A stretch of 64,000 nucleotides of DNA, from the IMG/VR virus record IMGVR_UViG_3300037475_000032, positions 96,766 through 160,765 of that record, one strand, 5' to 3'. How positions within the stretch are numbered: the stretch's first letter is position 1; the number at the start of each line of letters is the position of its first letter. The DNA comes from a virus. Below, piece by piece: positions 37,601-45,863 of the stretch. The translations under genes were made by a program, and so were the position numbers. Under the pieces are notes generated by a model. The model was not told where the DNA came from, did not search any database, and saw only the letters and a list, made by a program, of their open reading frames with translations.

Positions 37601-40401
37601 ACTCATCTTATGACCTAAGTCACCAGAAGACTTCGGGTCCCATATCTGATGGAACAGGGACGCCAGGCGTGACGGTAGAGGAAGTAGATGCCCCCACTCC
37701 GCTAGCCAACGACGATCCTTGGAACGAGAGCTTCCGTGACCGTCGTCCTTTGCTCTACCATGTGCCGACAGGGAGAGTCCTCATGGGGCCTCCTGGTTCC
37801 GAGCACGGGTCCCTTTACAACCACCTGGGGCGCACTACTCCCGAGTGGCTTCCAGAAGAGGTACACGAAGGCATCATTGGGAAGGGCGGAGTGAAGTTCT
37901 TCGATGACAACTCATCCAATCCCGAAGGCTACCCACAGGCCGCTGCCGATGCGGTCGTTCACCACACAGGGATAGCCGAGGACCCGGAGGTGGACAAGGA
38001 ATACGGCTGGGACTTCAATGGGTCCCATAGGATGGGTGCTCAGGTCATCAATGTGCCCGGCAACGAAGACTTCGATTTCCAAGGAAGGGTCCCGTTGATT
38101 GCGCATGGAGAAAACATCTATGCCGGGACTAACGGAGAGACCCACGATTCGTTGAAGGCCAGGCTCGGAGACAGGCTCCAGGGCGTTCATCCCAACGACA
38201 TCGCTCATGGCGGCATGTTCGTGGACCACAACGCCTCTGAATACGGGATCACTCCGGGATCTTATGAGTGGTTCGATACGAACTTCTTCCAGCCCGGTTC
38301 TCCACACAATCAAGCCGTCGAGGATGAGATCAGGCGAAGGGGCCTGGAGCCCAAGAACCTGGATGACGGATTCACCTTCTCCAAGGTTGCGGCCGTGCCT
38401 GTCCAGTACCACGGGGACATCGATCCATCCGAAGGATATCCTGGATGGGAGGATGGGGATATGTTCGGGGACCCCATTGGATACGCGGGTCGCTGGCCGA
38501 CAGTGGTCCATGACGGCACAGTGCATATCGGGCCTGAACAGTCCACTCATGGACAAGTCAGGCAGAAACTAGGCTTGCCTGCCACTGGCGAGGAGCCCGA
38601 AGGCTGGATCGGACCAAACCCTGAGGCCGAAGAAGACAACCACGATCACGAGGGCGTCGAATTCCTGCCAGGCGAACCCGAGGACGGAGAGGGAGCCCCA
38701 TACGGCTGGTACGGGCACAAGGGCGTGCCTCATCAAAACACAGGCATTACCGAAGCCATGATGAACTACTGGAACACGTTCTTGAGGCATCGAGAGCCTA
38801 CGCCCGGAACCGGCTATGGTCATGGGCCACGCATGTCAGGAGTCAGCGTCCATGAAGTCGGGGAGCCCACAGATAGCGGAACTGAGTGGCACGGGACCCG
38901 TCGTCCTTTCACCTACTTCCCCCACACTCAGGATTTGATCCTTGGGGCACCCGGAGCCGACCATGCAGCGATGCTCTACGCGGACAAGAGGCTCTTTCAG
39001 AAGTACAGGCGACAGCAGCTAGAGCCCGACACGGCGCAGGGCGGCGTCTACAATGACCCGGAGGGCAACAAGGTCGTGGAGTACTACTACGGGACGCCCG
39101 AGGATGAGCATGTCCAGGCCGTTCAGAACGCCCTTGGGGCACAAAGGTCACAGCTAAACGAGTGGCATGTCGGCGATGATGTTCACGACAACCCCGACAA
39201 GACCTGGGACTTCAACTCCAAGATCGCTCAGACAATGTACCACTGGGCTCCGAGGGCAATGCGCGACCAGATCTCCCAACAGGGTCTTAGGGCCGCGTTG
39301 CCTGAGGGTGATGAGTACGTGGACTATGACAACCCAGATGCCTACAAGGGCGTCTACTTGTTCAATCGTGTTCCTGCCTACACACCAGGAGGCTCCAAGG
39401 GCTTCTACGGGGATGATTTGTGGGCCGTGGACACCCATGGCTTGAATCCACAAGTAGATGAGGGCGAGTGGGACGCTTCCATGATTCCTCACGACATCAC
39501 TCCCGATAGGATTCAGTTCCTCAACTCACCAGCACATCGCAAGGCATGGGAACAGCAGGAAGAGGAGCGCTACGGAAAGGCTCCCAGAACGTCACAGGAG
39601 GGTCCTACAGGCGATGAATTGCAGAACATAGAGGATTCACAGCCTCAAGAGCGTCAGGGCCTTATACCGCTCTCCTGGGAGCCCGGATTGCACGGCAAGG
39701 GCTTGTACTTCCCCGAGGCCGACAAGCTCACCACCTGGAGTGATCCACGACACCACTCAGATGTCTGGTACGACGATGAGCACTACCCACTCCCCGGCGT
39801 AGCTCACCACCTGGATATTCAGCCTAACGGCCAGTACGTGGATCAGGGCGGCTTCAACCGAGAGATGGAAGACAACAACGAAGGTCTGGACGAAGTTGAC
39901 CTTGCTCAGGCCCTCAAGCGTCACGATCCGAGGCTCACTGACCGTGATCCTGGACACGAGTGGTCATTTGCCAAGGTTGCGCACGCACTCGGCTGGCAGC
40001 CGGGAGAACACGGAAAGGGACTTATCCACGACGGAGAAGTTCATACCTGGGGAGTCGGGGACGATCCAGACGGCCAGCCTACGCATCCCGAATATGCACA
40101 GCAGAACTTCAACATGAACGAAGGTCAGTACGCGAATCACCAGATGTTCGAGTCGGCCTTCCAAATGGACCCCAAGGGCAACGTCAACATCTACGAGGAT
40201 CATCCCGATACCATCAACCAGGTTGCTCAGGCCGTGGAGTCAGCCGACCCGAGACTGAAAGCCAATGTGCTCCATGACTACGACTGGGACTTTGGGAACG
40301 TAGAGCCTATGAAGACAGAGCCCGACATGGACGAACACGGCAACCTACATGGCGTGCAGTTCACCAACGATGAGCCCGGAGTCTCTACAGTCGATGCGTG
40401 A
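34645..40401 (+). CDS. 1918-aa polyprotein: 4-Cys domain, Acb1-like 2H phosphoesterase, ~7 repeat modules, ART/Tpt1-like domain
   Basis: HITLLYS and HITIAY 2H motifs; MYHWAP...ISQQGL...GVYLF; linkers RLA/RTS/RVA/KTS/RMG/KVA/RMS/KIA, often preceded by W-x-F. Confidence 0.75.
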   Translation: MNTQAKTPNGSDRLTVDGWTAATPRRWKHEWIAESPHEAGSQNVALAQVFNSSPANALAAHRDPFAEGQGFHVAPHIVSHEGWTVKSDVPSEPPNYKPAAKRLNAPHCGSCKMYDHGKCWGYGNKPVEEDYVCDSYSPSDNSHQDQADNLPSGENEVDSTTSSFAGDLDWKLPVFDTSPSESGWRLAASPDELFIALNVPKPTADKIHAWAKEQDWPEGTELEEPSEYHITLLYSPKGHEEHKEAEWWTTDNSDNVVVKKLDEFPSQERGEQNAFVLRVDRPDDEIKIRMERLLDKAEEEGVEVNRYPGGSKPHITIAYGPKLPKGIKPPDISFSTDEAHCGKPRTSSVASDTLGDLEADVGSGWTSDEFEALISPEPKTHSAWHVDEEAQEAHDHLNDAEQQYDWEGAVSHDFRLADYNVQVPVVTPNQGVGLATPHQVGDLLSIQSVAHNLHYKYQQSGLDPNSAQQYASKLLQAIGYTNPDQPTIDAALQAWKAMYPEDARSAYALPGVATSSHDADGGFGDAALDWTDAHTASATDGEAESLALLEFSGLSGRNSDVAGDGKDDSLGHGWTLAHPNHDANHTSNKDEQQAGVEQPASAVTAELGWNEPQCSEIGEQPDHIDRQSNHEDHDWRVAGSPQTIFQPIRAIVDQGGQVHTFNDGHVPYSQSNGIDPNTNQAHLQIHQPSGEVEDLSGAHSQHEQTVADYLNQQTGEDRYHARPNDMDWVFGSAAGGAPQKSQRAYQSRIGEDMHVHEPKLHATGAQTLSNPSRQPVTQARAHESDSRGGSPSDELTSFLSHIHEGDSWDTRQWPDPLSDNGTGGNVPRGCTCQSGHKLDCPVHGLEANGEYDTMEWTIPEASPVGYPQDQPRNWQQAESSVRQSVRTRQEVDDNDEPKPNSKADQDRAKQRTNHGTEANEYEWHQVHAPSIAHDTSQGASATPLAHTAQDVNSRPSYKALLRPSGLRQSIEISGSENDLEWYSSHDSSYDLSHQKTSGPISDGTGTPGVTVEEVDAPTPLANDDPWNESFRDRRPLLYHVPTGRVLMGPPGSEHGSLYNHLGRTTPEWLPEEVHEGIIGKGGVKFFDDNSSNPEGYPQAAADAVVHHTGIAEDPEVDKEYGWDFNGSHRMGAQVINVPGNEDFDFQGRVPLIAHGENIYAGTNGETHDSLKARLGDRLQGVHPNDIAHGGMFVDHNASEYGITPGSYEWFDTNFFQPGSPHNQAVEDEIRRRGLEPKNLDDGFTFSKVAAVPVQYHGDIDPSEGYPGWEDGDMFGDPIGYAGRWPTVVHDGTVHIGPEQSTHGQVRQKLGLPATGEEPEGWIGPNPEAEEDNHDHEGVEFLPGEPEDGEGAPYGWYGHKGVPHQNTGITEAMMNYWNTFLRHREPTPGTGYGHGPRMSGVSVHEVGEPTDSGTEWHGTRRPFTYFPHTQDLILGAPGADHAAMLYADKRLFQKYRRQQLEPDTAQGGVYNDPEGNKVVEYYYGTPEDEHVQAVQNALGAQRSQLNEWHVGDDVHDNPDKTWDFNSKIAQTMYHWAPRAMRDQISQQGLRAALPEGDEYVDYDNPDAYKGVYLFNRVPAYTPGGSKGFYGDDLWAVDTHGLNPQVDEGEWDASMIPHDITPDRIQFLNSPAHRKAWEQQEEERYGKAPRTSQEGPTGDELQNIEDSQPQERQGLIPLSWEPGLHGKGLYFPEADKLTTWSDPRHHSDVWYDDEHYPLPGVAHHLDIQPNGQYVDQGGFNREMEDNNEGLDEVDLAQALKRHDPRLTDRDPGHEWSFAKVAHALGWQPGEHGKGLIHDGEVHTWGVGDDPDGQPTHPEYAQQNFNMNEGQYANHQMFESAFQMDPKGNVNIYEDHPDTINQVAQAVESADPRLKANVLHDYDWDFGNVEPMKTEPDMDEHGNLHGVQFTNDEPGVSTVDA
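35686..35880 (-). CDS. Nested antisense membrane peptide 1 (64 aa)
   Basis: TGC-TAGCCT-N6-ATG; MRYCALPIILLLGIVEMIVRFLCLLIYVPGAMCLGLWG... Confidence 0.6.
   Translation of the reverse strand: MRYCALPIILLLGIVEMIVRFLCLLIYVPGAMCLGLWGYQGLELITGPTGTNVCFEIAKRIAGD
36187..36360 (-). CDS. Nested antisense small beta-rich protein 2 (57 aa)
   Basis: TGC-TAGAGT-N6-ATG; MAQTIVLAITGNIAVTPTQAAELKKGKTLSLAISGGGSVSISPVQGSVTKATVSIVT. Confidence 0.6.
   Translation of the reverse strand: MAQTIVLAITGNIAVTPTQAAELKKGKTLSLAISGGGSVSISPVQGSVTKATVSIVT
36370..36543 (-). CDS. Nested antisense two-TM peptide 3 (57 aa)
   Basis: TGC-TACTCT-N6-ATG; MVFMIALAVYVIWLLAYLTALGLI-PSKLGRDGRRR-LFYSSLLFVLVACVVGIMVGVC, with a positive-inside loop. 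Confidence 0.65.
   Translation of the reverse strand: MVFMIALAVYVIWLLAYLTALGLIPSKLGRDGRRRLFYSSLLFVLVACVVGIMVGVC
37294..37425 (-). CDS. Nested antisense membrane peptide 4 (43 aa)
   Basis: TGC-TATGCT-N6-ATG; MNLMPLILIGFCAVVGALLGSVLVGLAVGLGLIIVINLLPSPY. Confidence 0.6.
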   Translation of the reverse strand: MNLMPLILIGFCAVVGALLGSVLVGLAVGLGLIIVINLLPSPY

Positions 40402-40439
40402 ACCAGTTCTCATCAAAGTACGAACCTCTTTGGCTAGAG

Positions 40440-40605
40440 ACTTGGCGGAAGCCGCTGAGAGGAACGGGAACACTACCGGAGCGGTGGAACCTCCCCAATC
40501 CCACCGCCCGGTAGCGAGATAGCCGGACCACCTCCTTTCCCGTCCACGCTTACGCACATTACGCAACGGGAAAGCACCTGGGGACAGGGACAAGTCCGCT
40601 TAGCC
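40440..40605. ncRNA. Candidate structured RNA between convergent genes
   Basis: Stems CTACCGG-A-GCGGTGG/CCACCGC-CCGGTAG and CTTTCCCGT/ACGGGAAAG; possible closing stem GCGGA/TCCGC. Confidence 0.35.
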
Positions 40606-40608
40606 CGT

Positions 40609-42234
40609 TTAAACCTCGACCGTCTGTTGTCGAGGCTTGTTCACTGCATCCGGGAACGATGTAAGCTGATACGAGAAAACGTCAGGATTGTCGCCTCTGG
40701 GGAAGATGCGACCCTCGAAGATCTGCAAGTCGTTGATGACTTCGGCTCCGCCAGGCTGGAGGATCAACTGTGTCACGTCCCCGACCGTGTTTCTGATGAC
40801 TTCTGTCTTCCCAAACGCCTGCGGAGTCTCCGCAAGGTTGTTCTGGATGATCTGACGAGCTTCTCCTGTGACAAGTGTCGGAGGCGCAGGGGTTTCTTCC
40901 GTCGTCACGAGTTGCGGATTCGAGTACGGGATGAGCAGTGTGTCGGTTCCGAGCACCCAGATGAGTCGCCCCATCGTGTGGATAGCGACGGCAAACGCCG
41001 CATCCGTGGCAATCGCATTGTCGGAGGTGTGTCGATTGAAGGTACGAACACGAGTTGCTGCATCCGTCAAAGTAGCTGTATCGACAGCCGTACGGGATGT
41101 GAACGTGACGTGTCGCGCAACATCGGTCGAGACGGCTTTGTCCGCTCCTCTGACGCTCAGGTTGAGCAGGCGATGGGCCGTGTCCGAAACTGTTGCGCTG
41201 TCGCTAGCATTTCGTCCGCCGATGTGAATGTGTCGGGTCGCAGCGTCCATGGACAACGCGGTCTCTGCGGTGCTGCGCAGAAGTGCGAGGATGCGATGTG
41301 ACGTATCCGCTACACCCGATGTATCGGATGCGCTACGGTGACGACTCGACGTACGGGTAGCGGCATCGATACTGACTGCCAAATCGGCCGCTGCACGGTG
41401 CAATGCCTTACGGACTACGGTTGCATCGGTAGCAGTACTGGAATCCGCTAGGAGGCGCGTGAAGGCCAGCATACGGGATGCTAGATCAATGGTGACTACC
41501 GAGTCGGCTCCTCCGCGTGTGAAGCGCTTCCCGGCTTCCGTAACTACGTCCGTCTCGGCGGCAGTGTCGGCAGTTGTGCGAATGAAGTGGAGAAACGCCC
41601 TCGTGGCCGCATCGGTGGCTGCCGCATTGTCTGTGCCCGTGCGTGGGTAGGTGACCGTGCGCCCCGTGTTGGCATCTACGGTAGTGAGTACATCTGAGGC
41701 GCTACGTGTGTGCGAGGCGAACCAAGTTGCGGCATCCGCTGTGGCCGACGCATCGGCTGTGTTCTTGAAGTAGTGAATCCCAAACGTCGGGGCATCGGTC
41801 TCGACGGCGTTATCCGATGGGTGACGAATGAGGTTGAGGACACGGGACGTAGCATCGACTGAGGCAGCCGGGTCGTAGAAGATGCCGCCTGGGTACACTT
41901 CGTTTCCAGGGAACAAGGTTTCCGAGGGGAAGAGACCATTGATGACACCACGGGCGAAGTGCTGGATCTTCGTGGCTGCGTCCGTGGTGACGGAGTTATC
42001 CGCCCCTGTGCGGTTGTGGACGATTTCGTTCTGAGTAGCGACATCAACCGATACCGAAGCATCGGAGGTTGTGCGAGCGACGCTCAGGAGGTGAACACCG
42101 ACATCTGTGTCAACGGCATTATCGGCACCAGTGACCGTGACGGTGATGAGTCCCGCCTTGCCCGCCGACTGGAAGCTGTAAGGCCCTCTGCCAACATCCT
42201 GCCTACCGATGAAGCCACGACCGAAACGAGGCAT
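40609..42234 (-). CDS. Repetitive tail/fibre-like structural protein
   Basis: Repeats of R-x3-D-x5-D-A-A-T-R; GLFPSETLFPG motif. Confidence 0.7.
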   Translation of the reverse strand: MPRFGRGFIGRQDVGRGPYSFQSAGKAGLITVTVTGADNAVDTDVGVHLLSVARTTSDASVSVDVATQNEIVHNRTGADNSVTTDAATKIQHFARGVINGLFPSETLFPGNEVYPGGIFYDPAASVDATSRVLNLIRHPSDNAVETDAPTFGIHYFKNTADASATADAATWFASHTRSASDVLTTVDANTGRTVTYPRTGTDNAAATDAATRAFLHFIRTTADTAAETDVVTEAGKRFTRGGADSVVTIDLASRMLAFTRLLADSSTATDATVVRKALHRAAADLAVSIDAATRTSSRHRSASDTSGVADTSHRILALLRSTAETALSMDAATRHIHIGGRNASDSATVSDTAHRLLNLSVRGADKAVSTDVARHVTFTSRTAVDTATLTDAATRVRTFNRHTSDNAIATDAAFAVAIHTMGRLIWVLGTDTLLIPYSNPQLVTTEETPAPPTLVTGEARQIIQNNLAETPQAFGKTEVIRNTVGDVTQLILQPGGAEVINDLQIFEGRIFPRGDNPDVFSYQLTSFPDAVNKPRQQTVEV

Positions 42235-42245
42235 ACGTCACCGGC

Positions 42246-42734
42246 CTAACTTGGTCCTGAGATAAACTCCATGTAAGCGCGAGCACTCACGGCGTTTGGT
42301 GCAGTAAGGCGCAGTCCAAGTCCCATGGAGGGAACGATTTCCGCCTCACGGCCGAGGGGAAACTGAATCAACTGACCCGATGTCGGCGGGACCCAGTAGC
42401 GCTTGAGAACCGTCAGGACGGTCGGCTCTGAGGTTGAGGCAGAGAAGGCCGTGAATAGAGACGCTAGACCTGCTCCAGAGGTGTTGGATGCACCCCTCGA
42501 CTGGACAGGCGTGACGGATGTGTTGTTGGTTCCCGGAGTGGAGTTGGTGGCCCCCGAGTTCTTCACCAACTCAACAAGGACAGGTTCGTTGGCGGCGTTC
42601 GTGCCGTTAAAGAAGACACCAAACTCGATCAACTGCCCCGAGGAGGTTGAGGGAGCAAGGATCATCAAACTCGTCTTAGCCGTAGTGGCTGAGAGGGAGA
42701 CGACGGTGGAACCTGTATCGGCGACGTATTGCAT
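42246..42734 (-). CDS. Probable virion structural protein
   Basis: Beta/Thr-rich; in the structural block. Confidence 0.6.
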   Translation of the reverse strand: MQYVADTGSTVVSLSATTAKTSLMILAPSTSSGQLIEFGVFFNGTNAANEPVLVELVKNSGATNSTPGTNNTSVTPVQSRGASNTSGAGLASLFTAFSASTSEPTVLTVLKRYWVPPTSGQLIQFPLGREAEIVPSMGLGLRLTAPNAVSARAYMEFISGPS

Positions 42735-42764
42735 CTACTGATTACTGGCTAGAGGTGGCTTGGC

Positions 42765-43385
42765 TTAGAGGATCATGGCAAGCATCTTGCCGCTGAATAG
42801 TGTGCCTGCGTGAAGGCTCTGGAAGTGCGGGTTAGAACCAGAACCATCCATCCCGACGTTCCCGGTGTTGTAGGTGGAGTCGGCGTGTGACAAGAAGCTA
42901 GCCCATTCACCTGAGACCGGCTTGCGCCACGCTTCGAGAGTACCGGCATTGTTCCAGAGCGCAAGTTCTTGACCCGTGAGTTCTTCGGTCTGTTCCGTCG
43001 AGGCTCCAAGTTCGGTTTCCGTACCGGCCGTGACCTTGTAGAGGATGGCCTTCCACTTGTGTTCGGTGTTTTCAGTCGTGTTGACGACCTTGAGCCTATA
43101 CCCGTTGTGGGAGGCAGGAGCGATATCGACCCACAGGGCGAAGTATCGTTCGTTGGCCTGCGAACCCGACTGATACTTGACAGTGACGGCGCTGCCTGAT
43201 CCGAAGGAAGCAGCGTTCCAGTAGGAGCCCGTGGTCGCGGAGAAGGATACGAAAGCGGCACCCGAAGCAGACGGCTGGAGGGGCGAAGTACACCACGACA
43301 TCTTCGTCCAGTTCCCAGTTTCATAGTACCCTGCCGTGCTGCTCGTCAAAGCATCCAGGAGGGTAAGTTCGCTGAGGGACGCCAT
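42765..43385 (-). CDS. Lectin/ConA-like virion protein, paralog A
   Basis: YWNAASF, ERYFALW, HNGYRL, DSTYNTGNVG shared with the 48742 and 49389 products. Confidence 0.65.
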   Translation of the reverse strand: MASLSELTLLDALTSSTAGYYETGNWTKMSWCTSPLQPSASGAAFVSFSATTGSYWNAASFGSGSAVTVKYQSGSQANERYFALWVDIAPASHNGYRLKVVNTTENTEHKWKAILYKVTAGTETELGASTEQTEELTGQELALWNNAGTLEAWRKPVSGEWASFLSHADSTYNTGNVGMDGSGSNPHFQSLHAGTLFSGKMLAMIL

Positions 43386-43871
43386 CTAGCAGATGATTTC
43401 GATGTAGAGAGTGACCGTGAGCCCTACAGGTGAACCTTCGACGGCGCTGATGAGGATGCCAAGCGAATCACTGTTGCTCAGTGCTACGGCGGTAGGTTCG
43501 GTCGTGGCCGCCGTGCCTGTAGCCGAGAGCGGAGAGCCTTCCGTTCCAAACCCTGTAACGTTGGCACCGTTTCTCTGGAGCCTGAACTTGACGGCGGTCC
43601 CAGATTCGATCTTGTAGCGGCAAGCAATGAGCTTGGCTTCGGTGCCCGCCTTCTCCGGTGCGTAGAAGATCGGGACGGCAAGAGAGGATGAGAGCGACAC
43701 GGCTCCCTGCAAAGCGAATGAGGCAGGGATGATGAACGACTTTTTAGGAACGATGGTCCCGTTTTCGACCGCTTCCGTGATGCGACGTTCCATGTCTTCG
43801 AGCGCAGGCCCGTTGACGGGGGTTTCCGTCGAAGGAACGTTGTGCCAACTCTTGATGCTGAAAATCCCCAT
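43386..43871 (-). CDS. Minor tail protein
   Basis: WHNVPSTETPVNGPALEDME tail-fibre N-terminal motif; late motif upstream. Confidence 0.65.
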   Translation of the reverse strand: MGIFSIKSWHNVPSTETPVNGPALEDMERRITEAVENGTIVPKKSFIIPASFALQGAVSLSSSLAVPIFYAPEKAGTEAKLIACRYKIESGTAVKFRLQRNGANVTGFGTEGSPLSATGTAATTEPTAVALSNSDSLGILISAVEGSPVGLTVTLYIEIIC

Positions 43872-43895
43872 CGCCTATTACAGGCGCGCGGAGGA

Positions 43896-44525
43896 TTAGG
43901 TTCCAGTGACGGTCTCTGTGATGGCGACGTTATCGCCGATGCTGGAGAGCGTAGCTGTGGATGAGAGCAGCGTTTCGAAGAGGAGGCGTCCACCGTTCTG
44001 AGCATTGAAAATGCCGATCTTTGCCAACGTGACCGGAAGCGAGTCCGAGCCATTGGCCGTGAACGTGTTGGTGAGCGTGTATGTGTTCGTGCCGGTGGTG
44101 TGAGCCCATGTCGCAAGAGCACGAATCAAGCCTCCACCAGCGGTCGTGATCTCACCTGTAAGAGTCGTGCTGGAGCCACCTACTGTCGGAGAGGTGTTGT
44201 TGGCCGTAAGAGCCATCCAAGCAGCCGGGCAGTTACCGGACTGGATCACGTAGACACCCGAGGCTGGAGTTGAGGCAACAGCACCTCCACGAGATCCAGG
44301 AGTCTCCCAACGAGCAATCGTCAGAACCGTAGCCGAGTTGGAGAGGATCGTACCGACGACACCACCAATCGTCACATCCTGTCCGGCCCACTGGTTCGTT
44401 GTCCAAGTGGCACCCGAGTTAGTGGCGGTTGTGGCGGTCGGGGCAGAAGTAGTCGAGCCGGTTGTTCCAGCTACGCTTCCAAGTGCCTGAGCCCAGAGGT
44501 TACGTCCAACTTCCTGAATAGCCAT
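43896..44525 (-). CDS. Virion structural protein
   Basis: WTTNQWAG, TLTGEI, KIGIFNA; Thr/Gly-rich. Confidence 0.65.
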   Translation of the reverse strand: MAIQEVGRNLWAQALGSVAGTTGSTTSAPTATTATNSGATWTTNQWAGQDVTIGGVVGTILSNSATVLTIARWETPGSRGGAVASTPASGVYVIQSGNCPAAWMALTANNTSPTVGGSSTTLTGEITTAGGGLIRALATWAHTTGTNTYTLTNTFTANGSDSLPVTLAKIGIFNAQNGGRLLFETLLSSTATLSSIGDNVAITETVTGT

Positions 44526-44935
44526 TACGCTGTTGCCTCCGGTGTTGGAGCCTCTGCGACGACTGCGGCCGGAACCGTAGCGACATCAGCGGCAGTGATG
44601 GTCTGGGTCTCTGCGGCTGGCTCAGCCTCAACCGGAGTCGTGTCCCAATCGTTAGGACGCCCAACCGGACAACCAAACTCACGAGAGAGGGCCTGTGCCA
44701 CAACCTCGTCGTCGGACTCAACCCAGGCTGGCTTCTCATCGGAGTGATGGGAGGCGAAGACTGACGAGACAGTCTGTAGGGCCTCACCTACTCCAACGCT
44801 GTCAGGAACCACGAAGGTTGTGACCTGGTTGCCAAGGTCGGGACGAGGCACACGCTCAACAGCGGTGCTCTCATCGTCGGCCTTCACTGCCTGAATTGGG
44901 GCTGTATTTCCAAGGACGATTGTGGGCATCTTCAA
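44525..44935 (-). CDS. Hypothetical protein coupled to the downstream structural gene
   Basis: PAWVESDD; TAATG coupling. Confidence 0.6.
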   Translation of the reverse strand: MKMPTIVLGNTAPIQAVKADDESTAVERVPRPDLGNQVTTFVVPDSVGVGEALQTVSSVFASHHSDEKPAWVESDDEVVAQALSREFGCPVGRPNDWDTTPVEAEPAAETQTITAADVATVPAAVVAEAPTPEATA

Positions 44936-44961
44936 CTCTTACCTCGACGTTGGTATCTCTT

Positions 44962-45321
44962 TTAGAGTGAGCCTACGGCCGTAAGTCTGCCGGTCAGGAG
45001 GGGAAGGGTCTCGTGGGTAGTCGGGTTGACTACCGTGAGGGTGTAGTTGGCGCTCGTCCATCCCAGTGCTTCGGTTTGTTCCTTCGTGAGGATGAGGTCG
45101 ATGTTGCCGCTCGTGCCGTTGAACACGATCCCTCCGTTTTCGTCCGTGAGTGTCTGATACGTGGTGAGGCCATCGATACTCGTAATCGGCATGGAGCCGT
45201 GAAAGCCCGTGAGGTTCTGAGGCGTGTCTACGTTGTCAGCCTGGAGCAACCACTGAAAGCGGTAGTGAAAGGTGGTCTTGACGAACACCTTGAAGTTCTG
45301 ACGAGCAGGCAAGTACGACAT
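44962..45321 (-). CDS. BppU/LtfC-like tail adaptor protein
   Basis: PQNLTGF...LTDENGGI...GNIDLILTKEQTEAL...LLTGRL. Confidence 0.6.
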   Translation of the reverse strand: MSYLPARQNFKVFVKTTFHYRFQWLLQADNVDTPQNLTGFHGSMPITSIDGLTTYQTLTDENGGIVFNGTSGNIDLILTKEQTEALGWTSANYTLTVVNPTTHETLPLLTGRLTAVGSL

Positions 45322-45380
45322 CACCTATTACCCCTCCGGTTGGGGTTGATGAAACAGTAAATGGCTGCTAGCGTGCCTCC

Positions 45381-45825
45381 ATGATTGTTTTGATTGCAGT
45401 TGCAGCCGTAGTTGTGGTGGTCCTCGTGCTATCGTTGTGCGTCACGGCCAAGAGAGCAGACGAGCAGTCCGCTCGATTCTTTAGGAGCCTACGTGGCAAC
45501 GCTAGTCAACGATCCGACCGCTAACTGGCCGATCTCTCCGGGAGAGGAGGCTATCCCCGGAACTATCATCGGGCAGATCCTCGATCCCGAGTCCGAGGAG
45601 GGGAAGGCCGCTATCCGTATCAACGAGCTTGGCCTGTGCCACAAGTGCGGCATCCGCAAGGGCACGGGCGAGTGGGGCAACTCCCTGTCGATCTCCCATG
45701 GCTGGACGACTCCACGCTGCGACACCTGCACCTACGGAGCTATGCTGGATCACGCCTGGGGCAGAGCCAAGGCCCTTCCATCGCTGGCCTACAAGTACGC
45801 CCTTGCAAGATTCTTCCACACGTAG
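45381..45825 (+). CDS. Small TM protein (45381-45524) and Zn-finger protein (45493-45825)
   Basis: TGC-TAGCGT-N6-ATG; AGGAG before GTG 45493; CHKC/CDTC. Confidence 0.55.
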
Positions 45826-45826
45826 C

Positions 45827-45856
45827 TTGACAAGCGTGCCGCCCGTGCGCTAGACT
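45827..45856 (+). promoter_or_regulatory. SigA-type leaderless promoter
   Basis: TTGACA-18-TAGACT-N7-ATG. Confidence 0.75.
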
Positions 45857-45863
45857 ACCGGCC

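Noticed and set aside
37526-37606. 26-aa antisense ORF MSRDLSTTLGRFHFLRFRWTVLSPKV
   Set aside because: Very short and lacks the TGC-TANNNT-N6 signature
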